A DNA stretch of 64,000 nt from Halothiobacillaceae bacterium (lineage in GTDB: Bacteria; Pseudomonadota; Gammaproteobacteria; Halothiobacillales; Halothiobacillaceae). Location: the NCBI GenBank assembly GCA_050178405.1, contig JBFXGB010000002.1:4017-68016 (forward strand), read 5' to 3'. Positions 30,900 to 41,575 of the stretch are shown here, one piece after another; positions within the stretch are counted from its first letter, which is position 1, and every line of letters begins with the position of its first letter. A program made the translations under genes and the position numbers. Under the pieces are notes generated by a model that did no database searches, was not told the origin of the DNA, and worked only from the letters and a program-made list of their open reading frames with translations.

Positions 30900-31808
30900 T
30901 TATTGACCGCCGGATAACTCATGCACGTAAACCGTCAACATTTTAATTTCAACGGGTGTCAAGCGATTGGAAAAACCGGGCATTTGACGCTGAATACCGT
31001 TGGTGACGACGTGTTCGACCATCTTACGCTTGTCATCAAGCGTTGGCGTACCCACGATATCGATATTCGACCACGCCATATCCGTCAGATTAGGCGCACC
31101 CAACATCGGATTGCCTTTGCCTTCGGCACCGTGGCACGCTGCGCACATGGCAAAGCCCGTTTTACCACGCGTTGCCGATGCAACATCAACTTCAAGACCC
31201 GACAAACTCAACACATAATTTGCCAAATCGGTCAGTGCCTCACCCTTCACATTAGGGAATGCTGGCATATTACCCTTTAGTCCACCGTGAATGTCCTTAC
31301 TAATGACATCAAACAAACCACCCCACAGCCATTCATTGTCCGCAAGACTGGGATAGCTAGGCAGATTGCCCTGACCGCCCTGTCCATGACACGCTGCGCA
31401 GTTATCACCAAACAAACCTGCGCCCATGGAGCGTGCAAACGCCAACATACTGGGGTCGGCAACAATTTGTTCAAAGCTTGCCTTGCTGACTTTGTCAACG
31501 AACTCACGTTGACGTACCGCAGAAGGGCTAACCTGCATTTCTTGAATAAATAGGTTACGTGAGTTCCAAGGCACTTGAACCATTTTACCATCTTGCTCGA
31601 TGGTTAATGTTGAAACCCCTGGGGTAAAGGTCTTAAACACTGGCCATGCGGGATACATAATCCAATACACCACGGCAAAAAGAATAGTGGCATAAAACGC
31701 CCACAACCACCAGCGGGGCAAAGGGTTGTTATATTCGCGCAAATCACCATCCCACACATGCCCGGTAGTTTCAACCTGGCCAGGCTTCTTCTCATTGGAA
31801 AGCGCCAT
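30900..31808 (-). CDS. ccoP: cbb3-type cytochrome c oxidase subunit III
   Basis: [20 protein letters not shown], two CAACH heme motifs. Confidence 0.96.
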   Translation of the reverse strand: [302 protein letters not shown]

Positions 31809-31810
31809 GA

Positions 31811-32023
31811 TTAGTTATCTCCCTTATTTGATCCGGTTGACGAGTTTGGAATTTTTTCGTGGTCGTCAACAAATGGAATATCTCTGTAAGATTCAAGCCG
31901 AGTTTTGCGCTGCTTACCTGTATATACATAGAGCACAATTACAACAAAACTTGTGAAAAATATCAGTAAAGCCGTAATTTTACTGTTGGTTAAGTTACCT
32001 AACCACATCCAAATATCAGACAT
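31811..32023 (-). CDS. ccoQ: cbb3-type oxidase small subunit
   Basis: Single TM, IPFVDD, located between ccoO and ccoP. Confidence 0.88.
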   Translation of the reverse strand: MSDIWMWLGNLTNSKITALLIFFTSFVVIVLYVYTGKQRKTRLESYRDIPFVDDHEKIPNSSTGSNKGDN

Positions 32024-32083
32024 TTAACTTATACCTTCCAAGTGTTGAAAATTGCGTTCGAACGTAAACAGTCATGCCAAAAC

Positions 32084-32818
32084 TTAGCGGAAACTTGCAA
32101 AATAACCTTGATCGTATTTTTTGAAATCAACCAAAGTACCTAGCATTTGCAGGTAAGCGACCATCGCATCCATTTCTGAAATACGATCTTTCTGACCATC
32201 CCAATCGCGCCCTTTGGCCTCAGCCTCAAGCGTGGCTGTGGCGTTCGGAATATGCAGCTTATCCGCCATAGCTTGACCGAAATTGGTCACATTGGCTTGA
32301 TATTCATCAGCGGTCAGTGAGTAAGGCACACCTGTTGCTTTCAGCGCCTTCATACGGTTTTCAATATCGCCATACTTCAGATCATTACTCAGCAGCCAAG
32401 GATAGGCAGGCATAATCGATTCAGGAACCAAGGCCTGCGGCTTAACCAAATGCTGGGTTTGCCATTGATCGGAATACTTCTCGCCCACACGTGCAATATC
32501 AGGCCCGGTACGCTTAGAACCCCATTGGAAAGGGTGGTCATACTTGGACTCCGCCGCCAGTGAATAATGACCATAACGCAAGTATTCATCTCGGAACGGA
32601 CGAATCATTTGCGAATGGCAGGCGTAGCAACCTTCGCGAACATACAAATCACGTCCACGCAGCTCCAGCGGCGTGTAGGGGCGAACGCCCTTCACTTCTT
32701 CCACAGTATCCTTGATATGGAACAAGGGTACGATTTCAACCAACCCACCGATACTAATGACCGCCAAGGTCAAAACAATCAGTAAGCCAGCATTAATTTC
32801 AACGCTTTCATGCTTCAT
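32084..32818 (-). CDS. ccoO: cbb3-type oxidase subunit II
   Basis: GRDLYVREGCYACHSQMIRP, WGSKRTGPD, SIMPAYPWL. Confidence 0.97.
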   Translation of the reverse strand: MKHESVEINAGLLIVLTLAVISIGGLVEIVPLFHIKDTVEEVKGVRPYTPLELRGRDLYVREGCYACHSQMIRPFRDEYLRYGHYSLAAESKYDHPFQWGSKRTGPDIARVGEKYSDQWQTQHLVKPQALVPESIMPAYPWLLSNDLKYGDIENRMKALKATGVPYSLTADEYQANVTNFGQAMADKLHIPNATATLEAEAKGRDWDGQKDRISEMDAMVAYLQMLGTLVDFKKYDQGYFASFR

Positions 32819-32832
32819 TCGATATTCTCCTT

Positions 32833-34341
32833 TCAGCGAGCAACAGCGGCAGATTGCGCAGTCACATCGACTTCAACACTGCGCTTAGCTCCGGCAATCG
32901 TCATGTATACGTTGTAAACCATGAGGATGATGCCTGCGAGGAAGAACATGCCACCAATCGCACGCACCACATAAGGCAGGTGCATGAAGGTCACGGTTTC
33001 GATGAAGGTGTACGCCAAGTTGCCGTACTCATCGAATGCACGCAGCATCAAACCTTGGCCAATACCCGCCACCCACAAAGAGGAGATGTAAAGCACGATA
33101 CCGATGGTCGCCAACCAGAAGTGGACGTAAATCATCTTGGTGCTATACATGCCCTCGGCAACGCCCCACAGGCGTGGAATCAGGTGATAGAACGAACCAA
33201 AGGTAATCATCGCCACCCAACCGAGAGCGCCCGAGTGCACGTGCCCCACGGTCCAGTCGGTATAGTGCGACAGAGCGTTCACACTCTTGAGTGACATCAG
33301 CGGGCCTTCAAAGGTGGACATGCCGTAGAACGACAGCGAAGTAATCATAAACAGAATGATTGGGTCGGTACGTAGCTTGTCCCACGCGCCAGATAGGGTC
33401 ATCACACCGTTAATCATGCCGCCCCATGAAGGCAACAACAGCAGGATGGAAAAAGTTGCCGCTAAGGTCGAAGTCCAATCAGGAATCGCCGTCCAGTGCA
33501 GGTGGTGTGTACCTACCCACATATAAAGGAATGACAGCGCCCAGAAATGCACAATGGACAAACGATAGGAATAAATCGGACGACCCGCTTGCTTGGGCAC
33601 AAAGTAGTACATCATGCCCAAGAAAGCTGCTGTCAGGAAGAAACCCACCGCGTTGTGCCCGTACCACCACTGGGTCATCGCATCCTGCACGCCAGAGAAC
33701 AGGCTATAGGACTCAAGACTGGTGAACGACACCGGTACAGCCAAATTGTTAAAAATGTGCAACAAGGCCGTTGCAAGGATAAAGGCCATGAAGAACCAGT
33801 TCGCCACATAAATGTGCGGTTGCGTACGCTTCAACAGGGTCATGGTGAAGACTAAAAAGTAAGAAACCCAGACCACAGCAATGGCAATATCAAGTGGCCA
33901 GACAAATTCAGCGTACTCACGGCCTTGGGTAAAGCCCATCATGTACAGAATCACGCCCGCACCTACACCGACCTGCCAGCCCCAGAAAGTAAACTCCGGC
34001 AACCAACGACCGCCCCACAAACGAGCTTGGCAGGTGCGCTGAACAATGTAATACGAGGTGGCAAACAATGCACTACCACCAAAACCGAAAATAACCAACG
34101 TGGTATGTACTGGGCGCAAGCGACCAAAAGTAATTTCCGCCACGTCAAAGTTCAAAAACGGCCACGCCAGTTCACTGGCAATCCACACGCCCGCAAACAT
34201 CCCCAACACGCCCCAAACGAGCGACATGATGGCGAATTTTTTGACGATATCGTAGTTGTACTGCTCTACTGCAGCGGCTTTGCCCGCAATTGGCTTGGCT
34301 TGAGCGCCCGCCACCGCGCCGGCTGTTGTACTCATTGTCAT
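32833..34341 (-). CDS. ccoN: cbb3-type oxidase subunit I
   Basis: [36 protein letters not shown]. Confidence 0.98.
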   Translation of the reverse strand: MTMSTTAGAVAGAQAKPIAGKAAAVEQYNYDIVKKFAIMSLVWGVLGMFAGVWIASELAWPFLNFDVAEITFGRLRPVHTTLVIFGFGGSALFATSYYIVQRTCQARLWGGRWLPEFTFWGWQVGVGAGVILYMMGFTQGREYAEFVWPLDIAIAVVWVSYFLVFTMTLLKRTQPHIYVANWFFMAFILATALLHIFNNLAVPVSFTSLESYSLFSGVQDAMTQWWYGHNAVGFFLTAAFLGMMYYFVPKQAGRPIYSYRLSIVHFWALSFLYMWVGTHHLHWTAIPDWTSTLAATFSILLLLPSWGGMINGVMTLSGAWDKLRTDPIILFMITSLSFYGMSTFEGPLMSLKSVNALSHYTDWTVGHVHSGALGWVAMITFGSFYHLIPRLWGVAEGMYSTKMIYVHFWLATIGIVLYISSLWVAGIGQGLMLRAFDEYGNLAYTFIETVTFMHLPYVVRAIGGMFFLAGIILMVYNVYMTIAGAKRSVEVDVTAQSAAVAR

Positions 34342-34550
34342 TGCCCGACCCTCCTAATATATAAACCGACTGGATACAGCAAGGCCAACCCTAGCTTTAT
34401 CCGCTGCGCGCATGGTACTGCAACGTTAGTAAACGCTAAAGTTCTATCCTTTTCCGGGCAAAAATCTAGGGTATTCGTGCAATACCATGTTTTATATAGC
34501 CTTTTCAAACACTACTACACTAAAACAGCAGTAAGCATAAAAAACTTTGA

Positions 34551-35435
34551 TTACCTTTTGCCCCGTCTGAGCAGTGAATGCAGGGGAACTTTCACCTCGC
34601 CCTCTGCATTGGCGTAAAAACGCCCCGCTTCCCCGCCCCACGCCAAACCGTAAACCACCTCATACGTCACAGGCAGCAAACCATCCCCATTGCGCCGCAA
34701 TTCGTACGCATCACGCACCGCCTGCAAACGTGATTTCGCGGTCAAACCCTGCGCCCGCCCACGCAAACTGTTTTGCGCGCCAATGCCTTTTAAGCTGCGC
34801 ATAATGCTTTCCACATCCGCGTAATGCAGCGTCATTCGCTCCACATCCATCACCGGGTCACGCATCCCCACGCGCAACAGCGCATCACCCACATCGTGCA
34901 TGTCATAAAACATATTCACATGCGCGTGTTGACTGGCGTCCGCACGCTGCCAAGCTGCTCGCAATTCTTTTAAGGTATCCGGCCCTAGGCTTGAAAAAAC
35001 AAACACCCCGCCCGGTTTCAACACACGTCGCGCCTCAGCAAAGGTTTGCCCCAAATCATTGCCCCACTGCACACTCAAGCTCGAAAACAACAAATCCACG
35101 CTCGCATCCGCAAGCGGCAGACGCTCCATATCGCCACACACCCACAAGGGCTTGCGTATCCAAGGCCGAAAACGCCGCGCCTCCTGCAACATGCCGCTCG
35201 AAAAATCCAAACCCAACACCCGCGCACGCGGATAACGCTCGCGCAACACCCGTACCGCCGCCCCCGGCCCACAGCCCAAATCCACGACCACCTGCGGCTC
35301 GATTTTTACCCCCTGCAGACGCTCCAACATCTCCTCGCGCACCAGTGCTTGCAACTTGGCATATTGCACATACGTCGCCGCCGCCCGATCAAAAGCCCGC
35401 CGCACACGCGGTTTATCCACCTCATACTCATTCAT
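34551..35435 (-). CDS. bioC: Malonyl-ACP O-methyltransferase
   Basis: VRRAFDRAAATY, VDLGCGPG, FSSLGPDTLKELR, HVNMFYDMHDVGD. Confidence 0.95.
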   Translation of the reverse strand: MNEYEVDKPRVRRAFDRAAATYVQYAKLQALVREEMLERLQGVKIEPQVVVDLGCGPGAAVRVLRERYPRARVLGLDFSSGMLQEARRFRPWIRKPLWVCGDMERLPLADASVDLLFSSLSVQWGNDLGQTFAEARRVLKPGGVFVFSSLGPDTLKELRAAWQRADASQHAHVNMFYDMHDVGDALLRVGMRDPVMDVERMTLHYADVESIMRSLKGIGAQNSLRGRAQGLTAKSRLQAVRDAYELRRNGDGLLPVTYEVVYGLAWGGEAGRFYANAEGEVKVPLHSLLRRGKR

Positions 35436-36214
35436 CTTGCCTTCTCCTGCATGGCAAGTAACCAGGACTCAACATCCAAACCATCCTTTGCCACATCATT
35501 ACTCATATCTAAAAAAGGCGCGTGACCCGCCCGCGCCCGCATCAACACCGCTGCACCCGGCTGCCAAGCCTTGTAAACATCGGCCATACAAGGCGGCACA
35601 ATTCGATCCAAACCGCCCAGCATGACCGCAAACGGCAGGCGCAAACTCGGCACAACCTGCCGTAAATCAGCCTGACGCAACAACCCTAACCCTGCACGCA
35701 AAGCGCCCACATCCGCCCGTTCTGCATCCAAGGCCGCTGCATTCAACACACCGCGCACCCGCAGCGCATCGTCCGCACCATGGGTCTGCAACGCCAAAAA
35801 ACGCCGCAGCGTCAGCGCATGATTTTGCGCAAGCCCCTCCTCAAACTGGGCAAAGGTTTCTTCGCGCATCGCGCAAGACCAGCCATCCTTTGCGACAAAG
35901 CACGGACTACTTGCAATTAAGTACAACCCTGCCATCCTCTCCGGAGCAATCCGCGCCATCTCTAACGCAAGCAGTCCACCCAAAGACCAGCCCACCCAAA
36001 GCGCCCTTGGCGGCGCACGCTCAAGCAGTGCCTCAGCCCAGCGCGTCACATCACTCCCCAAAGCTGCATCCCAAGGCGTGGCGCCATGCCCCGGCAAATC
36101 CAAAGCATACGAATCATGCGCCGCAAACGCTGGCAGCGCCTGCCAAATCGCCGCACTCATCCCCCAACCGTGCAGCCAAATTACGGGAAGTTGCTCTTTG
36201 CCAACATGATTCAT
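35432..36214 (-). CDS. bioH: Pimeloyl-ACP methyl ester carboxylesterase
   Basis: WLHGWG, DLPGHG, VGWSLGG, SSPCF, GHAPF; start 36214 or GTG 36223. Confidence 0.92.
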   Translation of the reverse strand: MNHVGKEQLPVIWLHGWGMSAAIWQALPAFAAHDSYALDLPGHGATPWDAALGSDVTRWAEALLERAPPRALWVGWSLGGLLALEMARIAPERMAGLYLIASSPCFVAKDGWSCAMREETFAQFEEGLAQNHALTLRRFLALQTHGADDALRVRGVLNAAALDAERADVGALRAGLGLLRQADLRQVVPSLRLPFAVMLGGLDRIVPPCMADVYKAWQPGAAVLMRARAGHAPFLDMSNDVAKDGLDVESWLLAMQEKAR

Positions 36215-36302
36215 TGCCTTCACCCAATAATGCCTTCAATTTTGCCGGACATAATAAAGCGTCGCAGGCTAAAGGGTTGCGGCGGGGCAGTTTTAAGTTA
36301 AA

Positions 36303-36473
36303 TAAGACTTACGCAAACCGTGGATTTAGCTCCCTCTCCCCTCGCGGGAGAGGGATGGGGAGAGGGGGGCAATCTTAGCTAGAACATAGGCTTGCGCCAA
36401 CTTCCCCACCCTCTCCCCAGCCCCTCCCCCATCAAGGGGGAGGGGGTAAAACCGCCATACTGCGTAAGTTCTA
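36303..36473. mobile_element. MITE with TAGGACTTACGCA-type TIRs, CCCTCTCCC cargo and 5-bp TSD TTAAA
   Basis: TAAGACTTACGCA (36303) ... TGCGTAAGTTCTA (36473); TTAAA at 36298-36302 and 36474-36478. Confidence 0.87.
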
Positions 36474-36484
36474 TTAAAAACGTA

Positions 36485-37009
36485 TCACGTCTGCGTGAAC
36501 TCGCTGGGTAACAGCTTTTCAGCCAGATCATCTTGAGTGCGCAAATTAAAATGATCCAAAAACTGCGTCGTCGTCGCCAAAAGCTCCGGTCTGCCGGGGG
36601 TTTCGCGTTTGCCAACGCTATGTACCCAGCCGCGTTCGGTGAGGGTTTTGAGAATCACAGGGTTCACCGATACACCGCGTATAGCTTCGATTTCGGCACG
36701 GGTGATGGGTTGTTTCCAAGCAATGAGCGCCAGCGTTTCCAACACGGCACGCGAGTAACGCGGCGGGCGTTGTGGGTATAGCTTTACAAGCCAAGGCGCA
36801 AAACGCTCGCTTGCTTGCAGGCGCAGGCCGCTTGCGACTTCGACAAGCTCGATGCCGCGCTCGGCGTAGCTTGCTTTGAGTGCTTGCAGCGCCGCATCGA
36901 GCTCACTCGTGCTTACCTCATCCCCCAGAATCTCAGCCAAACGCGCCCGTGAAACTGGCTCGCCCGCAGCAAGTAACAAGGCTTCAAGCAAGGCGGGAAG
37001 CGATTTCAT
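36485..37009 (-). CDS. scpB: SMC-Scp complex subunit ScpB
   Basis: LEALLLAAGEP, YSRAVLETLALIAWKQPITRAEIEAIRGV, PGRPELLATT. Confidence 0.96.
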   Translation of the reverse strand: MKSLPALLEALLLAAGEPVSRARLAEILGDEVSTSELDAALQALKASYAERGIELVEVASGLRLQASERFAPWLVKLYPQRPPRYSRAVLETLALIAWKQPITRAEIEAIRGVSVNPVILKTLTERGWVHSVGKRETPGRPELLATTTQFLDHFNLRTQDDLAEKLLPSEFTQT

Positions 37010-37791
37010 GCCGTTTGTGCCGCCGCAATCAAAAACAAACCGGAATCTTCACGCTCAACATCAATCTTCCCTGCTTTTAATAATTCCAGCATGGCCAAAA
37101 AACTCATCACCACGCCGCGCCGCCCTTCTTCGGGCTGCAAAATATCTAGCAGCGTTATCATGCCCTGCGCCACGCGCTGCACAATCCAATCCATGCGCTC
37201 CCGCAAACTTAACGCCTCACGCTGAATATGATGATGCTCCACCAACGCAGCACGTTGCAGCGCACGATGCAGAGCAGCAAGCAGCTCGTCCATACTGACT
37301 TGAGGCGGCTGCAAGCCCTGTTCCAATTCGGGCAAGGCCACCGAAGCGACTGCAAAATCGCGCTCGACACGCGGCAAGGCATCGAGACGCTCGCTCGCCT
37401 CACGCAGTTGCTCGTAATCTTGCAACCGGCGCACCAGCTCCATGCGCGGGTCGGCTTCCTCTTCGCTCACCTGCGCAGGGCGCGGCAACATCATGCGCGA
37501 TTTAATTTCTGCAAGCAGAGCCGCCATCGCGAGATACTCAGCCGCCAATTCCAGCTTTAAGTCTTGCATGGTTTGGATATAACCTAAGTATTGGCGCGTT
37601 ACTTCGGCAATGGGAATATCTAAGATATTGATATTTTGCTTGCGGATTAAATACAGCAATAAATCCAGCGGCCCTTGAAAAGCTTCCAACATAATGGCGA
37701 GGGCATCGGGCGGAATATATAAATCCTTGGGAAAATCCAGCAAAAGCTGCTCGCCGATGCGTGCAACGCCTGCGTGCTCAATATCATCCAT
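37006..37791 (-). CDS. scpA: Segregation/condensation protein ScpA
   Basis: DLYIPPDAL..LEAFQGPLDLLLYLIRKQ, SFLAMLELLK; start set at 37791. Confidence 0.95.
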   Translation of the reverse strand: MDDIEHAGVARIGEQLLLDFPKDLYIPPDALAIMLEAFQGPLDLLLYLIRKQNINILDIPIAEVTRQYLGYIQTMQDLKLELAAEYLAMAALLAEIKSRMMLPRPAQVSEEEADPRMELVRRLQDYEQLREASERLDALPRVERDFAVASVALPELEQGLQPPQVSMDELLAALHRALQRAALVEHHHIQREALSLRERMDWIVQRVAQGMITLLDILQPEEGRRGVVMSFLAMLELLKAGKIDVEREDSGLFLIAAAQTA

Positions 37792-37814
37792 GTTGGTAAA
37801 CAAGGCCTGCGCAT

Positions 37815-38486
37815 TCAAGGCAGTACAAACCCCGTCAACCAATGGTTCATGCCGCTTAAAGCTGGACCAAGCACCGTCCATAACACGCCGCTAAACATCA
37901 GCGCCAGCAAAATCACAAAGCCATAAGGCTCAACCTGCGACACCTGCATACCCAGTTTGGGCGGCAAAAAACTCACCAAAACGCGTCCACCATCCAGTGG
38001 CGGAATGGGCAGCAAATTAAAAAGCATCAGCAACAGATTGATAAACACCCCCGCCTGCCCCATGAGCACCAGCGGTAGCGCCCAGTCGCCCATCCCTTGA
38101 CCGGCCATCCATTGCCCCAACCCCATCATCAACACCCAAAACACCGCCATCGCAAAATTGGATGCCGGCCCCGCCATCGCCACCCAAGCCATGTCAAAAC
38201 GCGGGTTACGCAGGTTGCGCATATCCACCGGCACAGGCTTCGCCCAGCCAAACACAAAGCCAGTACCCGCAAGGCTACTGGCAATAAAAACAGCAATCGG
38301 CACCACCACCGTTCCCATCGGGTCGATATGTTTGAGTGGATTAAGCGACAAACGCCCAAGGCTTGCCGCCGTATGATCGCCAAAAAAGCGCGCCGCATAC
38401 CCGTGCGCCGCCTCATGTACGGTAATGGCAAACAACACTGGCAAAATCCAGATGCTGAATGTTTGAATTAAATTATTAAAGTCCAT
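37815..38486 (-). CDS. Site-2 protease (peptidase M50)
   Basis: HEAAHG, AGPASN, FNLLPIPPLDGG. Confidence 0.94.
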   Translation of the reverse strand: MDFNNLIQTFSIWILPVLFAITVHEAAHGYAARFFGDHTAASLGRLSLNPLKHIDPMGTVVVPIAVFIASSLAGTGFVFGWAKPVPVDMRNLRNPRFDMAWVAMAGPASNFAMAVFWVLMMGLGQWMAGQGMGDWALPLVLMGQAGVFINLLLMLFNLLPIPPLDGGRVLVSFLPPKLGMQVSQVEPYGFVILLALMFSGVLWTVLGPALSGMNHWLTGFVLP

Positions 38487-38509
38487 TGCACTGCCTTTTT
38501 AATTACTCA

Positions 38510-38662
38510 GAAACTTCTAAAAACCTCAATATCCTCTTTGCGAGCGTAGCGAAGCAGTCCAAACTTCGCTGTTTTGTCGATACTCTTTTGGATTGCCACG
38601 TCCCGCCACGCGTTGCTCGCGGCTAAAGGCCGCTCCTCGCCATGATGGTTTTTAGAAGTCCT
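38510..38662. repeat. AAAAACC-ended element with TTGCGAG palindrome cargo (relative of 7304-7429)
   Basis: gaaacttctaaaaacctcaatatcctctttgcgag ... ctcgccatgatggtttttagaagtcct. Confidence 0.78.
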
Positions 38663-38664
38663 CG

Positions 38665-39303
38665 TTAGTTATCATCAATTTCCACCACACCCGCCGGAAC
38701 TTCACCCAAACCCCGCCGCACCAGCAGCATGTCATCCCCCGCCATATCAATCACCGTGGTCGGCTGATCGGCGCAAAAGCCCACATCTAAAATCAAATCT
38801 ACGCGCCTGCCCAACGCGGCTTTAATCTCGTCCGAATCACACAGTGGCTCACAATCACCCGCAAGAATCAGCGTACTGGAAAGCAAAGGCTCGCCCAAGC
38901 TTGCCAACAGCATTTGCGTCAGAGGATGCTCCGGCACACGCAAGCCCACGGTTTTGCGCTTAGGGTGCTGCAAGCGGCGCGGCGCTTCGCTGCTTGCGGG
39001 AAGGATAAAGGTGTAAGGCCCTGGCGTGTACTGGCGCAAAAATCGATACGCCACATTATCCACCCGTGCATACACCGCAATTTCGGACAAATCGCGCACC
39101 ATCAAGGTAAAAAAGTGCTTATCGTCCAACCCGCGCAAGGCACGAATACGCTCCATGGCATCTTTATTGCCCAAGGCGCAACCTAGCGCGTAGCCGGAAT
39201 CAGTGGGCAGCGCAATCACACCGCCACGCTGAATGGTTTCAACGGCTTGGGTGATTAAACGCGCCTGGGGGTTGTCGGGGTGAAGGTTAAGAATGCGTGG
39301 CAT
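38665..39303 (-). CDS. yciO: Sua5/YciO/YrdC family protein
   Basis: HPDNPQARLI, ALPTDSGYALGC, TPGPYTFIL, KRKTVGLRVP. Confidence 0.94.
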   Translation of the reverse strand: MPRILNLHPDNPQARLITQAVETIQRGGVIALPTDSGYALGCALGNKDAMERIRALRGLDDKHFFTLMVRDLSEIAVYARVDNVAYRFLRQYTPGPYTFILPASSEAPRRLQHPKRKTVGLRVPEHPLTQMLLASLGEPLLSSTLILAGDCEPLCDSDEIKAALGRRVDLILDVGFCADQPTTVIDMAGDDMLLVRRGLGEVPAGVVEIDDN

Positions 39304-39417
39304 GGATTAGGTTCTGTTAAAAAGGCTAACGATTAGATTATGCGCGAAAGATGACCGCGCCGCCTGCTACGTTTACCATAGCGCACCTATTTTCACCTGC
39401 GCGCTGCTGTTCCCACC

Positions 39418-39999
39418 ATGAAATTATTTTTCGACTTTCTGCCTATCTTGCTGTTTTTTATCGCTTACAAGACTTCGGGCATTTATGTCGCCACCGCCGT
39501 GGCCATTGTGGCCAGCCTGATTCTTGTTGGCTACACATGGCTTAAAACGCGAAAGATCGAGAACATGCAGCTTATCTCGCTTGGCCTAATCGTGGTGTTT
39601 GGCGGCGCAACCCTCTGGCTACAAAACCCGCTGTTTATTATGTGGAAGCCAAGCATTCTCTACATTTTATTTGCCGGCGCGTTCCTTGGCAGCCAATTTA
39701 TCGGCAACAAAACCCTTGTCGAACGCATGATGGGCAGCCTGATGAGCGCCCCCCAATCTATCTGGCGACAAGTCAATAGCGCATGGGTTATCTTTTTCGT
39801 TGCCCTTGCCGGACTCAACTTGTACGTTGCGTACAACTTTGACGAAGCCACCTGGGTGAATTTCAAACTTTTCGGACTGATGGGCATCACCTTCGTCTTT
39901 ATGCTCGCGCAAGGCTTGTGGCTGGGCAAACACGCCACCATGATTGACAAGGACACCACCCCGGACAAGGCGCAGCCTGCACCAAACAAAGAGCTATAA
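39418..39999 (+). CDS. yciB: Intracellular septation protein A
   Basis: MKLFFDFLPILLFF, FIMWKP, WVNFKLFG. Confidence 0.95.
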   Translation: MKLFFDFLPILLFFIAYKTSGIYVATAVAIVASLILVGYTWLKTRKIENMQLISLGLIVVFGGATLWLQNPLFIMWKPSILYILFAGAFLGSQFIGNKTLVERMMGSLMSAPQSIWRQVNSAWVIFFVALAGLNLYVAYNFDEATWVNFKLFGLMGITFVFMLAQGLWLGKHATMIDKDTTPDKAQPAPNKEL

Positions 40000-40016
40000 A
40001 TTAAAGAGCAATCACG

Positions 40017-40331
40017 ATGTGGTATATGATTTACGGTGTCGATTTTGACGACAGCGCATATAAGCGCAGCCAGGCTCGCCCAGCGCACCTAGCGCGTTTG
40101 CAGGCATTGCGCGATGCGGGGCGTTTACTCCTTGCCGGTCCCTTACCCGAGACGGATGAACAAAACGCCCCACGCATGGTCGGAAGCCTGATTATCGCGG
40201 ACTTTGTTTCAATCATTGATGCGCGTGCATGGGCTGCGGATGATCCGTATGCTCATGCTGGCGTGTATCGGGCGATTCACATCCATCCTTGGAAGGGCGT
40301 GTTTATGCCCGACATTAAAAACCTTCCCTAA
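40017..40331 (+). CDS. yciI: YciI family protein
   Basis: RPAHLARL, LLLAGP, GSLIIADF, WAADDPY. Confidence 0.94.
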   Translation: MWYMIYGVDFDDSAYKRSQARPAHLARLQALRDAGRLLLAGPLPETDEQNAPRMVGSLIIADFVSIIDARAWAADDPYAHAGVYRAIHIHPWKGVFMPDIKNLP

Positions 40332-40368
40332 GCGCTTTGATTTCACTTTAACCCTTGGATATAACCGT

Positions 40369-41271
40369 ATGAACTTGTTGAAAAAACCCTTGATTCTTGC
40401 CATGACCGCGACCCTGTTGCTCGCAGGTTGCGGCCAAAACTCCGCCCCGCAAAATACGGCCAGCACCACTGCTGCGCCCGTCGAACAAAAAGACATCTTG
40501 GCGATCGTGAACGGCGACACCATCACCGTCGAGGAATTCAATGCCACTAAAATGCAACTGCCACCACAAGCCCAAGCAAGTGGTGATGACGCGATTCTTA
40601 ACCAACTGATCGAACTCAAAGCCTTGGCACAAAAAGCCGAGGCTGACGGCTTGGCCAAAGAAGCCGCCATTCAATCTGAAATCGAGCGCGCTCGCGAGAG
40701 CATTCTTGCCAACCATTTGGTCAAGCGCATGATGAAAGATATGAAATTCACGGATGAACAACTCAAGAAAGAATACGACGAACTCATCACCAAACTGCCG
40801 AAAAAGCAGGAAATGAAAGCCGCGCATATCTTGGTTGAAAACGAAGACCAAGCCAAAGAAATCCAAGCCAAGGTCAATGCAGGCGGTGATTTCGCAGCTC
40901 TTGCCAAGGAATACTCCATCGACCCCGGCTCCAAAGACCAAGGCGGCGACTTGGGCTGGTTTGAAGCGGGCATGATGGTCCCTGAGTTCTCAGCCGCCGC
41001 AGCCGCACTCAAGCCGGGCGAAACCACCAAAGAACCCGTCAAATCACAATTTGGCTACCACATCATCAAACTGGAAGAAACCCGCGACGTGCCGCCCCCC
41101 GCGTTTGAAGCGGTCAAGCCCCAAGTTGAAGGCATGATGCAGCAAAAAGCGGTCGAAAAACTGGTGAACGACACCCGTGCCGCCGCCAAGGTTGAAATCA
41201 AGAAAGCCGCAGAACCTGCTGCCAAGCCTGCCGATGCAGCACCTGCTGCAACCCCAGCCGAAACCAAATAA
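40369..41271 (+). CDS. Parvulin-type peptidyl-prolyl isomerase lipoprotein (PpiC/PrsA-like)
   Basis: Lipobox LLAGC, AAHILV, DPGSKDQGGDLGWF, VKSQFGYHIIK; start set at 40369. Confidence 0.93.
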   Translation: MNLLKKPLILAMTATLLLAGCGQNSAPQNTASTTAAPVEQKDILAIVNGDTITVEEFNATKMQLPPQAQASGDDAILNQLIELKALAQKAEADGLAKEAAIQSEIERARESILANHLVKRMMKDMKFTDEQLKKEYDELITKLPKKQEMKAAHILVENEDQAKEIQAKVNAGGDFAALAKEYSIDPGSKDQGGDLGWFEAGMMVPEFSAAAAALKPGETTKEPVKSQFGYHIIKLEETRDVPPPAFEAVKPQVEGMMQQKAVEKLVNDTRAAAKVEIKKAAEPAAKPADAAPAATPAETK

Positions 41272-41288
41272 TTCGGCTCAAGCTCGAT

Positions 41289-41398
41289 GCTGATTTATTC
41301 GTCGTCATTGCGAGGCGAAGCCGAAGCAATCCAAGGCCACAACAACCGCCGCATGGATTGCCACGGCCTCCGGCCTCGCAATGACGCATACATCAGTG
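41289..41398. repeat. CGTC-tagged REP inside a CTGATTTATTCGT-type outer inverted repeat
   Basis: CGTCATTGCGAG ... CTCGCAATGACG (41303-41386); near-identical copy at 62357-62438. Confidence 0.85.
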
Positions 41399-41491
41399 TT
41401 CTCCTAGATTAGATCGCATGGCATGACCCATGCTTGCGATCACGTTCGGCAAGGATGCCGCCCTATTCAAAATTGATGTCCTTTATTCACA

Positions 41492-41550
41492 TAGGGCTTA
41501 CGCAAAATTATCCACACGCTAGTTTCTAGGGTGATTTTGCATAAGTCCTA
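41492..41550. mobile_element. Minimal 59-bp copy of the TAGGACTTACGCA MITE without hairpin cargo
   Basis: TAGGGCTTACGCA ... TGCATAAGTCCTA; no TSD visible. Confidence 0.72.
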
Positions 41551-41575
41551 TCTTTAGTCATTGAAGGTGACACCC

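Noticed and set aside
34342-34550. FNR box upstream of ccoN
   Set aside because: Only a TTGAT half-site near 34547; no TTGAT-N4-ATCAA found
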